64,000 nt of DNA, taken from positions 744,001-808,000 of the forward strand of contig CM035357.1 in NCBI GenBank assembly GCA_020137815.1. Direction: 5' to 3'. Each line of letters opens with the position of its first letter. Position 1 is the stretch's first letter. Below the pieces are notes generated by a model. It was not told the DNA's origin. It worked only from the letters and a program-made list of their open reading frames with translations, and made no database searches. This document shows, piece by piece, positions 1 to 44,780 of the stretch. The stretch is from Hormiphora californensis. Lineage: Eukaryota > Animalia > Ctenophora. Position numbers and translations under genes: made by a program.

Positions 1-3000
1 TCATCCGAACGCTTTTCTACCTGCAATAGTTGTACTTGTTAAATTACTGGTGTCTAGTGGGTAGCTGGGGCGTGAAGAACATATTGTATAAAGAAAGAAG
101 GGAACGGGGAGATAACCCAAGCTGAACTAATCTACAAATTTCATAGAACTGAACTAAACTGATCTACAAAATCAATGGAATTAATTTATTTATAGATTCA
201 GAATATTTACATACCTCCTCAAGTATGCACATAATGTAATGTATCTTGAGGCCATAACCTCATTAACAATCACTTTGAACTGTTTCTCAATGATCCTATC
301 AAGGGTCCTATTCACCTGTACAGTACAGATATTAGGGAACAGCTTACAAAAATTACAGGGTAAGTTGCTCTGGAAAGATAGAGCTTGTAACTGGAAAGAT
401 AGAGCTTGTTATACTAGGAACTAGGAAGTAAAAAAATATAACATGCTCAGTTCTAAGAACTAGGAAGTAAAAAATAACATGCATCATGATAATATTACAC
501 ACATAAAACGGATCTATCAAATTACTGTAGAAACCTGAAGCCGATGAGCAGGCTCCACTAGTACTGTGTTCTCCTTGATATAAAGCAGGATCTTCACAGG
601 ATTTAGGTTATTCATACAACAAATATGATGTAAAATAGGGGCTAAGTTAGGGGGTAGAAAATCGGTTTTGTCCAAACTCCTTGGTTCCGTATGATATATG
701 ACATCTTGTAAGGGCAGATAGTTATTCAGAACAGCAAGGCACTCCTTTGATCCAACGAACGCAGCCATGTTAGCCGATGTTTTCCCGTTTTTGGCCCGTT
801 TTTCCTGGTTCGCACCGGACCGTAAGCAACAGTTCCACCACTGGCCCCTGACCTGATGAGAGCATGTATTATTAAACAGAGGGGGATGGCAAACACAGCA
901 GGTGGCAAACAGATGGTATCATGATGCCATCAGTAGGAGAGAGCTAAATGATGACATGACAGAGTCAGCTAAATGATGACATGACAGAGTTAGCTAAATG
1001 ATGACATGACAGAGTTAGCTAAATGATGACATGACAGAGTCAGCTAAATGATGACATGACAGAGTTAGCTAAATGATGACATGACAGAGTTAGCTAAATG
1101 ATGACATGACAGAGTTAGCTAAATGATGACATGACAGAGTTAGCTAAATGATGACATGACAGAGTTAGCTAAATGATGACATGACAGAGTTAGCTAAATG
1201 ATGACATGACAGAGTTAGCTAAATGATGACATGACAGAGTTAGCTAAATGATGACATGACAGAGTTAGCTAAATGATGACATGACAGAGTTAGCTAAATG
1301 ATGACATGACAGAGTTAGCTAAATGATGACATGACAGAGTTAGCTAAATGATGACATGACAGAGTTAGCTAAATGATGACATGACAGAGTTAGCTAAATG
1401 ATGACATGACAGAGTTAGCTAAATGATGACATGACAGAGTTAGCTAAATGATGACATGACAGAGTTAGCTAAATGATGACATGACAGAGTTAGCTAAATG
1501 ATGACATGACAGAGTTAGCTAAATGATGACATGACAGAGTTAGCTAAATGATGACATGACAGAGTTAGCTAAATGATGACATGACAGAGTTAGCTAAATG
1601 ATGACATGACAGAGTTAGCTAAATGATGACATGACAGAGTTAGCTAAATGATGACATGACAGAGTTAGCTAAATGATGACATGACAGAGTTAGCTAAATG
1701 ATGACATGACAGAGTTAGCTAAATGATGACATGACAGAGTTAGCTAAATGATGACATGACAGAGTTAGCTAAATGATGACATGACAGAGTTAGCTAAATG
1801 ATGACATGACAGAGTTAGCTAAATGATGACATGACAGAGTTAGCTAAATGATGACATGACAGAGTTAGCTAAATGATGACATGACAGAGTTAGCTAAATG
1901 ATGACATGACAGAGTTAGCTAAATGATGACATGACAGAGTTAGCTAAATGATGACATGACAGAGTTAGCTAAATGATGACATGACAGAGTTAGCTAAATG
2001 ATGACATGACAGAGTTAGCTAAATGATGACATGACAGAGTTAGCTAAATGATGACATGACAGAGTTAGCTAAATGATGACATGACAGAGTTAGCTAAATG
2101 ATGACATGACAGAGTTAGCTAAATGATGACATGACAGAGTTAGCTAAATGATGACATGACAGAGTTAGCTAAATGATGACATGACAGAGTTAGCTAAATG
2201 ATGACATGACAGAGTTAGCTAAATGATGACATGACAGAGTTAGCTAAATGATGACATGACAGAGTTAGCTAAATGATACATGACAGAGTTAGCTAAATGA
2301 TGACATGACAGAGTTAGCTAAATGATGACATGACAGAGTTAGCTAAATGATGACATGACAGAGTTAGCTAAATGATGACATGACAGAGTTAGCTAAATGA
2401 TGACATGACAGAGTTAGCTAAATGATGACATGACAGAGTTAGCTAAATGATGACATGACAGAGTTAGCTAAATGATGACATGACAGAGTTAGCTAAATGA
2501 TGACATGACAGAGTTAGCTAAATGATGACATGACAGAGTTAGCTAAATGATGACATGACAGAGTTAGCTAAATGATGACATGACAGAGTTAGCTAAATGA
2601 TGACATGACAGAGTTAGCTAAATGATGACATGACAGAGTTAGCTAAATGATGACATGACAGAGTTAGCTAAATGATGACATGACAGAGTTAGCTAAATGA
2701 TGACATGACAGAGTTAGCTAAATGATGACGTGACAGAGTTAGCTAAATGATGACATGACAGAGTTAGCTAAATGATGACATGACAGAGTTAGCTAAATAA
2801 TGACATGACAGAGTTAGCTAAATGATGACATGACAGAGTTAGCTAAATGATGACATGACAGAGTTAGCTAAATGATGACATGACAGAGTTAGCTAAATGA
2901 TGACATGACAGAGTTAGCTAAATGATGACATGACAGAGTTAGCTAAATGATGACATGAAGTTAGCTAAATGATGACATGACAGAGTTAGCTAAATGATGA

Positions 3001-4289
3001 CATGACAGAGTTAGCTAAATGATGACATGACAGAGTTAGCTAAATGATGACATGACAGAGTTAGCTAAATGATGACATGACAGAGTTAGCTAAATGATGA
3101 CATGACAGAGTTAGCTAAATGATGACATGACAGAGTTAGCTAAATGATGACATGACAAGAGTTAGCTAAATGATGACATGACAAGAGTTAGCTAAATGAT
3201 GACATGACAGAGTTAGCTAAATGATGACATGACAGAGTTAGCTAAATGATGACATGACAGAGTTAGCTAAATGATGACATGACAGAGAGCTAAATGATGA
3301 CATGACAGAGTTAACTAAATGATGACATGACAGAGTTAGCTAAATGATGACATGACAGAGTTAGCTAAATGATGACATGACAGAGTTAGCTAAATGATGA
3401 CATGACAGAGTTAGCTAAATGATGACATGACAGAGTTAGCTAAATGATGACATGACAGAGTTAGCTAAATGATGACATGACAGAGTTAGCTAAATGATGA
3501 CATGACAAAGTTAGCTAAATGATGTCATGACAGAGTTAGCTAAATGATGACATGACAGAGTTAGCTAAATGATGACATGACAGAGTTAGCTAAATGATGA
3601 CATGACAGAGTTAGCTAAATGATGACATGACAGAGTTAGCTAAATGATGACATGACAGAGTTAGCTAAATGATGACATGACAGAGTTAGCTAAATGATGA
3701 CATGACAGAGTTAGCTAAATGATGACATGACAGAGTTAGCTAAATGATGACATGACAGAGTTAGCTAAATGATGACATGACAGAGTTAGCTAAATGATGA
3801 CATGACAGAGTTAGCTAAATGATGTCATGACAGAGTTAGCTAAATGATGACGTGACAGAGCTAGCTGAATGATGACATGACAGAGTTAGCTAAATGATGA
3901 CATGACAGAGTTAGCTAAATGATGACATGAGCTAAATGTGATGTAATACCTGCAAGAGTTGCAAGCATGAGCGCAGTAAAATAATCATTACTAGTCTCCC
4001 TGTCCACCTCTGCTCCTTGGTCTATAAGGTATGTACATATTGCAATGTGACCGCAATACGCTGATAGAAGAATGAGGAGTTAGTTAAGACACAGTGAGAA
4101 GACGTTTTGAAATTCGTAATAACAATAACTTTAATTCAAGTTTTGTCTAGTTGCGGTGTAACCTGCGTGCATAAGACCAGACATGCCATCAGCGTCAGTT
4201 GTGTTGATGTGCGCTCTCTTTTCCGAGATGAACTGTTTCACTTTATGCACATCTCCGTCTTTACAAAGCGTTAAAAATTCTGCCTCCAT
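1..4289 (-). CDS. ANKMY2: Ankyrin repeat and MYND domain protein 2 (ANKMY2), 5' part; exons 4163-4289, 3950-4060, 535-852, 215-315, continuing past the window start
   Basis: Spliced translation MEAEFLTLCKDGDVHKVKQFISEKRAHINTTDADGMSGLMHA/AYCGHIAICTYLIDQGAEVD..YFTALMLATLAG/..GKTSANMAAFVGSKECLAVLNNYLP..LPPNLAPILHHI..LNPVKILL/..NEVMASRY. This follows ANKMY2 as I recall it (GRTAAQMAAFVGQHDC, LPPKLAGPLHKI, LHPVKI, NEVLAMK). GT/AG boundaries and phases agree except for one apparent 1-nt insertion near 822. Confidence 0.85.
943..3937. repeat. 25-bp minisatellite (AGAGTTAGCTAAATGATGACATGAC)n, ~119 copies, filling ANKMY2 intron 2
   Basis: Near-perfect tandem array starting about 12 nt inside the donor at 3949. 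Confidence 0.97.
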
Positions 4290-4650
4290 TGTGTGCTAAA
4301 TGAATATTCCTTTAAATAGCGGGAAATTAGCAACGTGAAATATAAACTAGAAAGAATTCCAACCCTAATGGTTCGGTTTTGGATTTATTTAACCCTTACA
4401 AATATTAGGGGGACTTGCAATGGCTGCAAGAGTTACAAACTGGGTACCATGCATCATGCATTGTCCGCAATTCATCGATTTTTAACCTTTCCAAAGGTTC
4501 GCAACATTCGAGCTGTTTTCAGTAGATAATTTACATGACTTATGATACAGAAGCACTACACAGTGCAGGATAAGGACACAGTGCAGGATAAGGCAGCGCT
4601 TTTCAAAACTTTGACTTGTTGAAAAAGGTCCGTAAAAAATCTCGGCCGAT

Positions 4651-5034
4651 AAGGAACCATAATAAAGTTCAAGAGCGCACCCCATCCAAGAGCGTACCAC
4701 CTCCAAAAGACACCACTCCAAGAGCGCACCACATCAAAGAGAGCTCCCCATCCAGAAGATACCGCGCGCAGAGGACACCACGCGCAGAAGAGACCGCACG
4801 CGCAAATACAACGCCGCGCTGGTCTCTTCTGCGCGTGGTGTCCCCTGCGCGTGGTATCTTCTGGATGGGGAGCTCTCTTTGATGTGGTGCGCTCTTGAAG
4901 TGGTGTCTTCTGGAGGTGGTGCGCTCTTGGATGTGGTCTCTTTTGGGTATGGTGCGCTCTCAGGTGTGGTCTCTCTTCGATAGGGTGCGCTCTTGGGTGC
5001 TCTTGGAGGCTCTTGAACTTTATTATGGTTCCTT
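4651..5034. mobile_element. Palindromic MITE, family A (TIR AAGGAACCATAATAAAGTTCAAGAGC), flanked by AT
   Basis: Terminal inverted repeats, internal inverted repeats centred near 4810, AT on both sides; second family member at 43763-44000. Confidence 0.8.
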
Positions 5035-5039
5035 ATAAA

Positions 5040-5187
5040 GTCCATTTTTATTCAACTGTTCACCCCTCGACTCGTGCGCGTGCGATATTTTAATTTACGC
5101 CGCGCGCGCTACACGTTAACATGTGATAAACGCGCAAAACAATTCCGCGCACGACTTTGGGGGGTGAACAGTTGAAAAAAAATGGAC
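5040..5187. mobile_element. Small palindromic element or MITE remnant
   Basis: GTCCATTTTTATTCAACTGTTCACCCC ... GGGGTGAACAGTTGAAAAAAAATGGAC; the internal motif CTACACGTTAACATGTGA recurs near 49260. Confidence 0.6.
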
Positions 5188-5315
5188 ATTACGAGCGAAT
5201 CACAAAAATATCGCATGCATATGCCGCGCGTTTTGTAACGCGCAAATCAAAGAACCGCGCCGCGCACCCCTTTTTCTCGAATTTCGAAATTTTCAAATTT
5301 TAAAGTTTGCGAAAT

Positions 5316-6287
5316 GAGGCCCCTCTAGTTAGGAACACTATTGGTGCGCGGTCGTGCCCACGGAAGGAGTGCTTGGATCATCTTGAAACCGGTTTTAAGT
5401 TAACTAATGCATATCCAAAAGTGTCTGTAGCTATTTGGGTGATGTTCTGACAATCCAATCACGAGTTATGACGAAAAAACAGTCAAAAAATACGTTTTAA
5501 AGTGACAAAAAGGAGGATCTGAACACAGCCCTTATATGAAGGGTTGGGGCTATGAAACTTCTTGAGTGGACAGAGAATCGTCCAAATTTGCAGTGCCAAC
5601 TTTGGAATAGTTTCTATCTTTTGTAGTTATCTAATTAGAGCCGTTTAAACATGTGAGACGATACTGCAGGGGCCTCTAATACTAGGTATTTTTGCTTGTG
5701 AAGTGATCACTTGACGAGATTTACCCAATTAGAGAGCAGATTAAAGCATACAAGCGGTGAGAGCAAGCAATATGGGGCGGAAACAGTACCAAATCACCCT
5801 GTTTTGCAGATCGTCTCACATGTTTGAACGGCTCTAATTAGATAACTACAAAAGATAGAAACTATTCCAAAGTTGGCACTGCAAATTTGGACGATTCTCT
5901 GTCCACTCAAGAAGTTTCATAGCCCCAACCCTTCATATAAGGGCTGTGTTCAGATCCTCCTTTTTGTCACTTTAAAACGTATTTTTTGACTGTTTTTTCG
6001 TCATAACTCGTGATTGGATTGTCAGAACATCACCCAAATAGCTACAGACACTTTTGGATATGCATTAGTTAACTTAAAACCGGTTTCAAGATGATCCAAG
6101 CACTCCTTCCGTGGGCACGACCGCGCACCAATAGTGTTCCTAACTACTCGGAAATGTTCAAGTCATGCACAATCAAGTCACGCCCACCAATCACAGCCCA
6201 GAACGCGCGGAGTGCTTTGCGCGTTCTGAGCTGTGATTGGTGGGCGTGACTTGATTGTGCATGACTTGAACATTTCCGAGGGGCCTC
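5316..6287. mobile_element. Small palindromic MITE (TIR GAGGCCCCTCGGAAATG, AT-flanked) split by a nested insertion
   Basis: The left TIR is interrupted after GAGGCCCCTC (5325) and resumes CTCGGAAATG at 6147; the right TIR is intact at 6271-6287. Confidence 0.8.
5326..6146. mobile_element. Foldback non-autonomous DNA transposon, ~335-bp arms, TAG termini, 3-bp TSD (CTC); Academ-like
   Basis: Arms 5326-5662 and 5810-6146 are reverse complements; CTC is duplicated at 5323-5325 and 6147-6149. Superfamily inferred only from termini and TSD. Confidence 0.8.
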
Positions 6288-6730
6288 ATTGAAAATCTCG
6301 AGATAAAAAATCTCGAAAACTGTCTGTTGAAAAATCTTTTGAAAAGCGCTGCCTTATCCCGCGGGGGGCCAGCAGCGTTTGTATTTGCCAAAAAAATCTT
6401 CGGATTTCTGAAATGCTCAGGTCTCTGAAAGCCGCTGAATAAAACGCATCGTCGATAAATATTCTTTCTTCCTCTAGCGAAGTAAGGTTGTGAGTGGTTG
6501 CCACTCCCCCTACATCGACCAATGGCAAACCCCACCAACTTCCACAATCGACCTTGGAACGGGGGATGGAACGATCCCCCGCCGACGGTCTTGTCCAACT
6601 CGGACAAAACTAGGGAATCCATTGTGTCTCGGCAGCGAAAACCTGGCGCTAGGTGAGTGACTTGACTAAATATGTGCATGCTTGTCCAGGCATTCTCCAG
6701 ACTGAAACTAATGTTTCCCAATTTTTCAGA

Positions 6731-9607
6731 ATGTACCCCGCGAATCCCCTAATTTCTGGAGCAGGGACAGCGGGACAGCATATGACAACATACGGGGGCG
6801 GTCAGTCAGGAGCAGGGTACACTGGTATAACCCAACAACAAGCACCAACCGCTCAGCCACAGTTTTCTACTCAACAGTATAATACACAGCAGTACAATAC
6901 ACAGCAGTATAATACACAGCAGTACAATGTTCAAAGTGATGGAGGACAGAGTTTTAGTGGCTATGGCAATCATTCGCAGCCTGCTCAGGGTGAGTGTTAC
7001 AACAGCTTTGTCATTCACTTTTATGGATTTCGAAATATCTATTTAGTTCCAAAATATTAGGCATAATATCAATTAACACATAACACACACATCCCCCTTT
7101 TCGAAGTCTCGTGGTTCAATTTGTAAAATAAAAGTAACACATGTTTCACGCTCCAGGAAAACCGGATGAGAATTCCTGGTCCCTGACTGAGATGTTGCGG
7201 ACTGGGATGGAGAAGATCGATATGAACACGATTAACAAATCATTCGCAACCATCGGAACCAAACTAAATGGTAGGGAGGGGGGACTAATTTTATGTTTGA
7301 ATCTCATGATCTGGTACAACAAAGTTGTGTTCTAACACACCCCATGTTTCAGATGCCTACAATTACGTCTTACCACAGCAGCAGCAACAGGCGGGCAGTT
7401 TGTACAACCCTCAGTACAATGGTCAACAGCAATATGGGGCGAGTCAACAGCAGTACGGGGCCAGCCAACAATATGGGCAACCCCAGCAACAATATGGGCA
7501 GCAACAGCAACAATATGGGCAACCGCAGCAACAGTATGGTGACCAGCAACAATATAACCAGCAACAATACGACGCTCAGCAACAGCAACAATATTCGGAA
7601 CAGTACGCACAACAATACTCTCAGCAACAGCAACAATATGCCCAGCAGCAACAAGAATATAACCAGCAGCAGCAACAGTATAACCAGCAACAGCAACAAT
7701 TTGGTGCTCTCACTGAACAACAAATCTATAACATGCAGAAACATGATTACGATCGATTTTCAATGTATCGAGGTCCCGAGGATCCCTCTCCTCCCCCGAC
7801 CGCTGCAGCAGTTGTGAAGACTGAAACTGTCCAACCGGTGGTGCAAGCAACTGCCATCCAAGATCCAAGCCCGGCACTCTGGCAACCACCTGGTGCGGGA
7901 ATGACAGCCCCTTCCACTCACACAATCTTTACTCCGACCTTGGAACCGGTTCAACAACCGTTTACATCGGTCGCCCAGCAACCATTCTCAGAACCTGTCC
8001 AGCCATTCCCGGAACCTGTCCAACCATTCTCGGCACCCGTTCAGCCTTTTGAACCTGCTGCACATGTTCAGCCTTTTGAACCTGTTGTACCTGTCCAGCC
8101 TTTTGAACCTGTTGTACCTGTCCAGCCTTTTGAACCTGCTGCACCTGTTCAGCCTTTTGAACCTGCTGCACCCGTTCAGCCTTTTGAACCTGTTACACCT
8201 GCCACACTGGATCCTGTCCAACAACAAACAGCTCCAGTCGCTACCGAGATTCAACCCACGGATTTCTTCAGCCAGCAACCACCTTCTAGTGCACCAGTTT
8301 CAGCACCTGCACAGCCCGTCCCCTCGCCCCATGACTTCTTCTCTCAGCCACCTACCACATCTACTCAAGATTTCTTTAACCAACCTACTGCTCCTTCACC
8401 AAAGCTCCCTACTCAGCCTGCCCCTGAACAACAGTCCGTGGTTCATGAACTGTCCGCCCCACAACCTGTCTCAATACCCTCACCCGCGGATTTCTTCTCT
8501 CAGCCTACTGACCTCCCCGCAACGTCTTCTTTCCCAACTGTGGAACCTTCTGCAGCCACATTATTCACTCCCCCAGTGACCTCTGTGTTTGATCCTCCTG
8601 CAGCTACTTCTGTATTCACTCCCCCAGTGGTCCCTGCTACCGCTGTATTTGCACCTCCAACAACAACAGTATTCACTGCTCCTGAGGCCCCGACAACGAC
8701 TGCAGTTCCGGCCCCCATTCAGCCGGCTGCAGTCCCCACTCCACACGACTTCTTCAACCAATCAGGTACTGCCGATCAAAAGCCCCTTCATGAAAATGAT
8801 TTATCTCTTTCAACGTTTGAGCAACCTTTGTGTGCTGATTTACCCGCTGAAACTGCCGAGTGTCCCCCGCCCCAAACTGCTGAGTGTGCAACAACTGCTG
8901 AGTGTCCCACCTCAGTAGCTGAGTGTGCAACAATCTCTGAGTGTCCCACCTCAGTAGCTGAGTGTCCCCCGTCCCAAACCTCTCAGTGTGCTGCTGCCCC
9001 GTCCCAAATCTCTGCGTGTGCAACAACTGCTGAGTGTCCCACCTCAGTAGCGGAGTGTCCCACCTCAGTAGCTGAGGGTCCCTCGTCTCAAAACGCTGAG
9101 TGTCTTGCCCCCCTGCCCAAAACCTCTGAGTATCCCACATCAACCCCTGAGTGTCCTGTAGCTGAGACAAGTGTCCCGCCAGCAACTCATGAAGAAAATC
9201 TCTTTGCTTTACAGCCTGAAACTACAGCATCTGATGATCAAGTAGTTAGATCAGATTCTGATCCAACTATCCTTCCTAAAACTCAGCCACCTATCATTGA
9301 AGATCCCCCTCCTGCTTTTATCCCCTCCCCAACCACCCCACCACCTGTTACAGTTGAGGACGTGACACCAACTGTTGTTGATGACTCCAACCCCCCTCCT
9401 GAGCTAAGTGGCCTTGTTGGATCTCCACCAACTCTACCAGTTGAAACATTCGGTGGGGTCAGCATATTCAACCCGGCAGTCTCCACGGAGGAGAGTACAG
9501 AGGAAAGCACGGAGACGGGGTGGGAGAAAGAGTTTGATGATTGGAATTTAGATGATGATGAAGGGGAGGTGGTAGACAAAACGGACTTTGAAGATATTCA
9601 GTTATGA
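6731..9607 (+). CDS. Low-complexity Q/Y-rich and P/T-rich protein of unknown function; exons 6731-6989, 7157-7270, 7353-9607
   Basis: Three exons with compatible phase-1 GT/AG junctions and a long ORF. Contains QQY repeats, (V)QPFEPAAP repeats, DFF(S/N)Q motifs, AECPTSV repeats and an acidic tail WEKEFDDW...DFEDIQL. A probable non-coding upstream exon has its donor near 6653. Confidence 0.8.
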
Positions 9608-10788
9608 GAAATCACCAGCCGCTCATACCAACCAACCAACCAGTTATGAGAGAGGGGGTTAGAAAATCATCGAGAGAGTGAGATGTTTAACTCTGAAAAG
9701 AATGGTTTCCAGCTCTGGGCTTGTTTTGTTGATACCCGGGTGAGAGAGGGTCGAGTGCAAGGTAACTCTGAGCAAGGACAGGACTTTCTGAATTGGGCAT
9801 TGTTGATATTATTGACTGAGTGTGTGTGAGTACCTCAAGTACACAATTGATGCATTTGAATCAAGATGTTGTGGTATTGTTACAATTCTCTGAAATACAA
9901 GCGTGTATTATAGTTACAAGCACGTGCATATGGGACAACATGTGTATTATACAAGCAGAATATATGACAGTTAGCTGACATGCAAGCTGTATTATTTTGA
10001 AGGGGAGTGAGAGATGTATTTTCTGCAAATGTAGAATCAAGTGTACACATTTTTTGAGTAGTGGAAATCGGAGTGTTTACTTTTGATTACAACGAATAGT
10101 ATAGCACAAGTACTGGAGCAAGGCTCTATTGATTTAAGATTCCAATCATAGGAATAAATCGCTATGCCACGTTGCACCGACCTCCATTTTCCTTGGAACG
10201 CGCAGTGACACTGTTGTGATGAAAGTTGTAGATGTCAGCAGTAGAGCTGCGCGGCGTAATGAGCAGTACTTCTAACCCGGTCAGTGACAGACCAACCCTT
10301 GCTTTACCCAGTCTCGCAAAACAAACCCGTCTGATTCTGTTCATTGAACAGAATCAGACAGTGTTCAAACAATTTATTTGAGATCAAAATCGAGACAGCC
10401 AAATGTGCCAGCATGTCTGTCAGTGGTCGGAAGAACCTGTTTGATGACAACACATTTGCAGAGCGAGGGACGGATGGAGTATATGGTGTGATTTTACTAC
10501 CCTCACCCTGCATTTTGAGATATTCGATAGACGGAATTAAATGAATGGAAACAATGGAACATATAAGAGCTACCTGCAGTAGTATAAAATAAAGTTCTTT
10601 GCTTCAAAAAACATATTATCTCTGAAGCTTAACCGCTCTTGAAGACTCTTGCAGTTGCACACTCATAGCAAAACCAGGGATAAACTTAGCCTAAAAAAGA
10701 ATAAATAGAAAACATACTGTCCTGCTCAATAATATTTGCCTTGTTCGACCCTCCCTCCCCGCGGGTTTGAACAAAACAAAATAATATA

Positions 10789-43640
<32,852 letters not shown>

Positions 43641-43762
43641 TTGACGAGGTACGACATGCTGGTTCAAAGGCTACATCTGGTAACATAAATAGTGAGCTAT
43701 TCTGTAACACATTTCTGTTACAGTAAGAGATGACGTAGTTGACGCAAAAAAAAACTTGGAAT

Positions 43763-44000
43763 AGTGAACCATAATAGAGTTCAAGAGCGTCCAAGAGCAC
43801 ACCAGGTCCAGGTGAGCAGGTGAGCAGTGCTCACTGAGCACCCTATCCAACCACACACAGAAGATTTACAACGCCACAGACATCTTCTGCGTGTGGTATC
43901 TTCTGGATGGGGAGCTCTCTTGGATGTGGAGTGGTCTTGGAGTGGTCTCTTCTGGATGGGGTGTGCTCTTGGACGCTCTTGAACTTTATTATGGTTCACT
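43763..44000. mobile_element. Family A MITE (TIR AGTGAACCATAAT), AT-flanked
   Basis: TIRs and internal sequence homologous to 4651-5034. Confidence 0.8.
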
Positions 44001-44780
44001 ATAGCCAGAAAATATTTGGCCTACAATGCAGTCCACAACTCTGTAGTCATCAAAAACCCGTGCACTAGGGGTCTGTGCAGCGCATGTCAAGAAAATACTG
44101 CGAAAAATTCAAACATCTTATCAAAAGTATGAATGCTATTCTATGCATTTATCTTTACTGGGGTGTAGGATTACACTTGTTTACAAGTCTTCCTTTTACT
44201 GTGTGTTTGTGTGTTCATCAGCTATATTATAATCTGATTCACGGATCGTTACAGTTTGCTTAAAAGGTTAATTACTCGCTGCATCCGACGTTTTCGGTGA
44301 AATGCTACTGGTCGATGGAGATCGATCATTCATACAGTTTCGCAGTCTTACCAGTATGAGTTGTTCGTAATTTGACGAATCAGTAAATCCGCCACCGTGA
44401 GCCAGGACCAGGGGTGACCCATTATTTCTTACAATCAGCCTGTTAACTACCAAATGAATAAAAATAATAAGAAAAGTGATTTTATGAAAATCAGGTGTCT
44501 TGAAACGACCAGCTGTTTCTCATATATTAGGGACCAACGTCGCGTGGGCAATGGTCATAGGGGCATTTTAAAGGGGGCATTTTAAAGCTCATAACTTTTC
44601 TTTTAATTTAGTACCCGCCCAACTGGTTTGGACAATTCTATCCGTCAATTTATCTGATTGGCACAATTACAGGCAAACCTCGATTTACTATTTACCGGCG
44701 GGAAGTGTTCTTGTCAGTAAATCGAGGTAAAATCCCGAAATGTTGTTGATTTATTAGCATCCTCTCCCCTTCTAGCACAC

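Noticed and set aside
943-3937. CRISPR array, or C/D snoRNA cluster (ATGATGA C-box-like motif)
   Set aside because: No unique spacers and a eukaryotic context; the C-box motif is antisense to the host gene and has no paired CTGA D box.
7332-9579. Antisense and alternative-frame ORFs over the Q/P-rich gene
   Set aside because: By-products of low-complexity codon repeats.
10160-10580. Possible small gene, and a 31-bp hairpin (GTCTGATTCTGTTCA-T-TGAACAGAATCAGAC) between convergent 3' ends
   Set aside because: No consistent spliced ORF or recognisable RNA family; probably UTR or intergenic.
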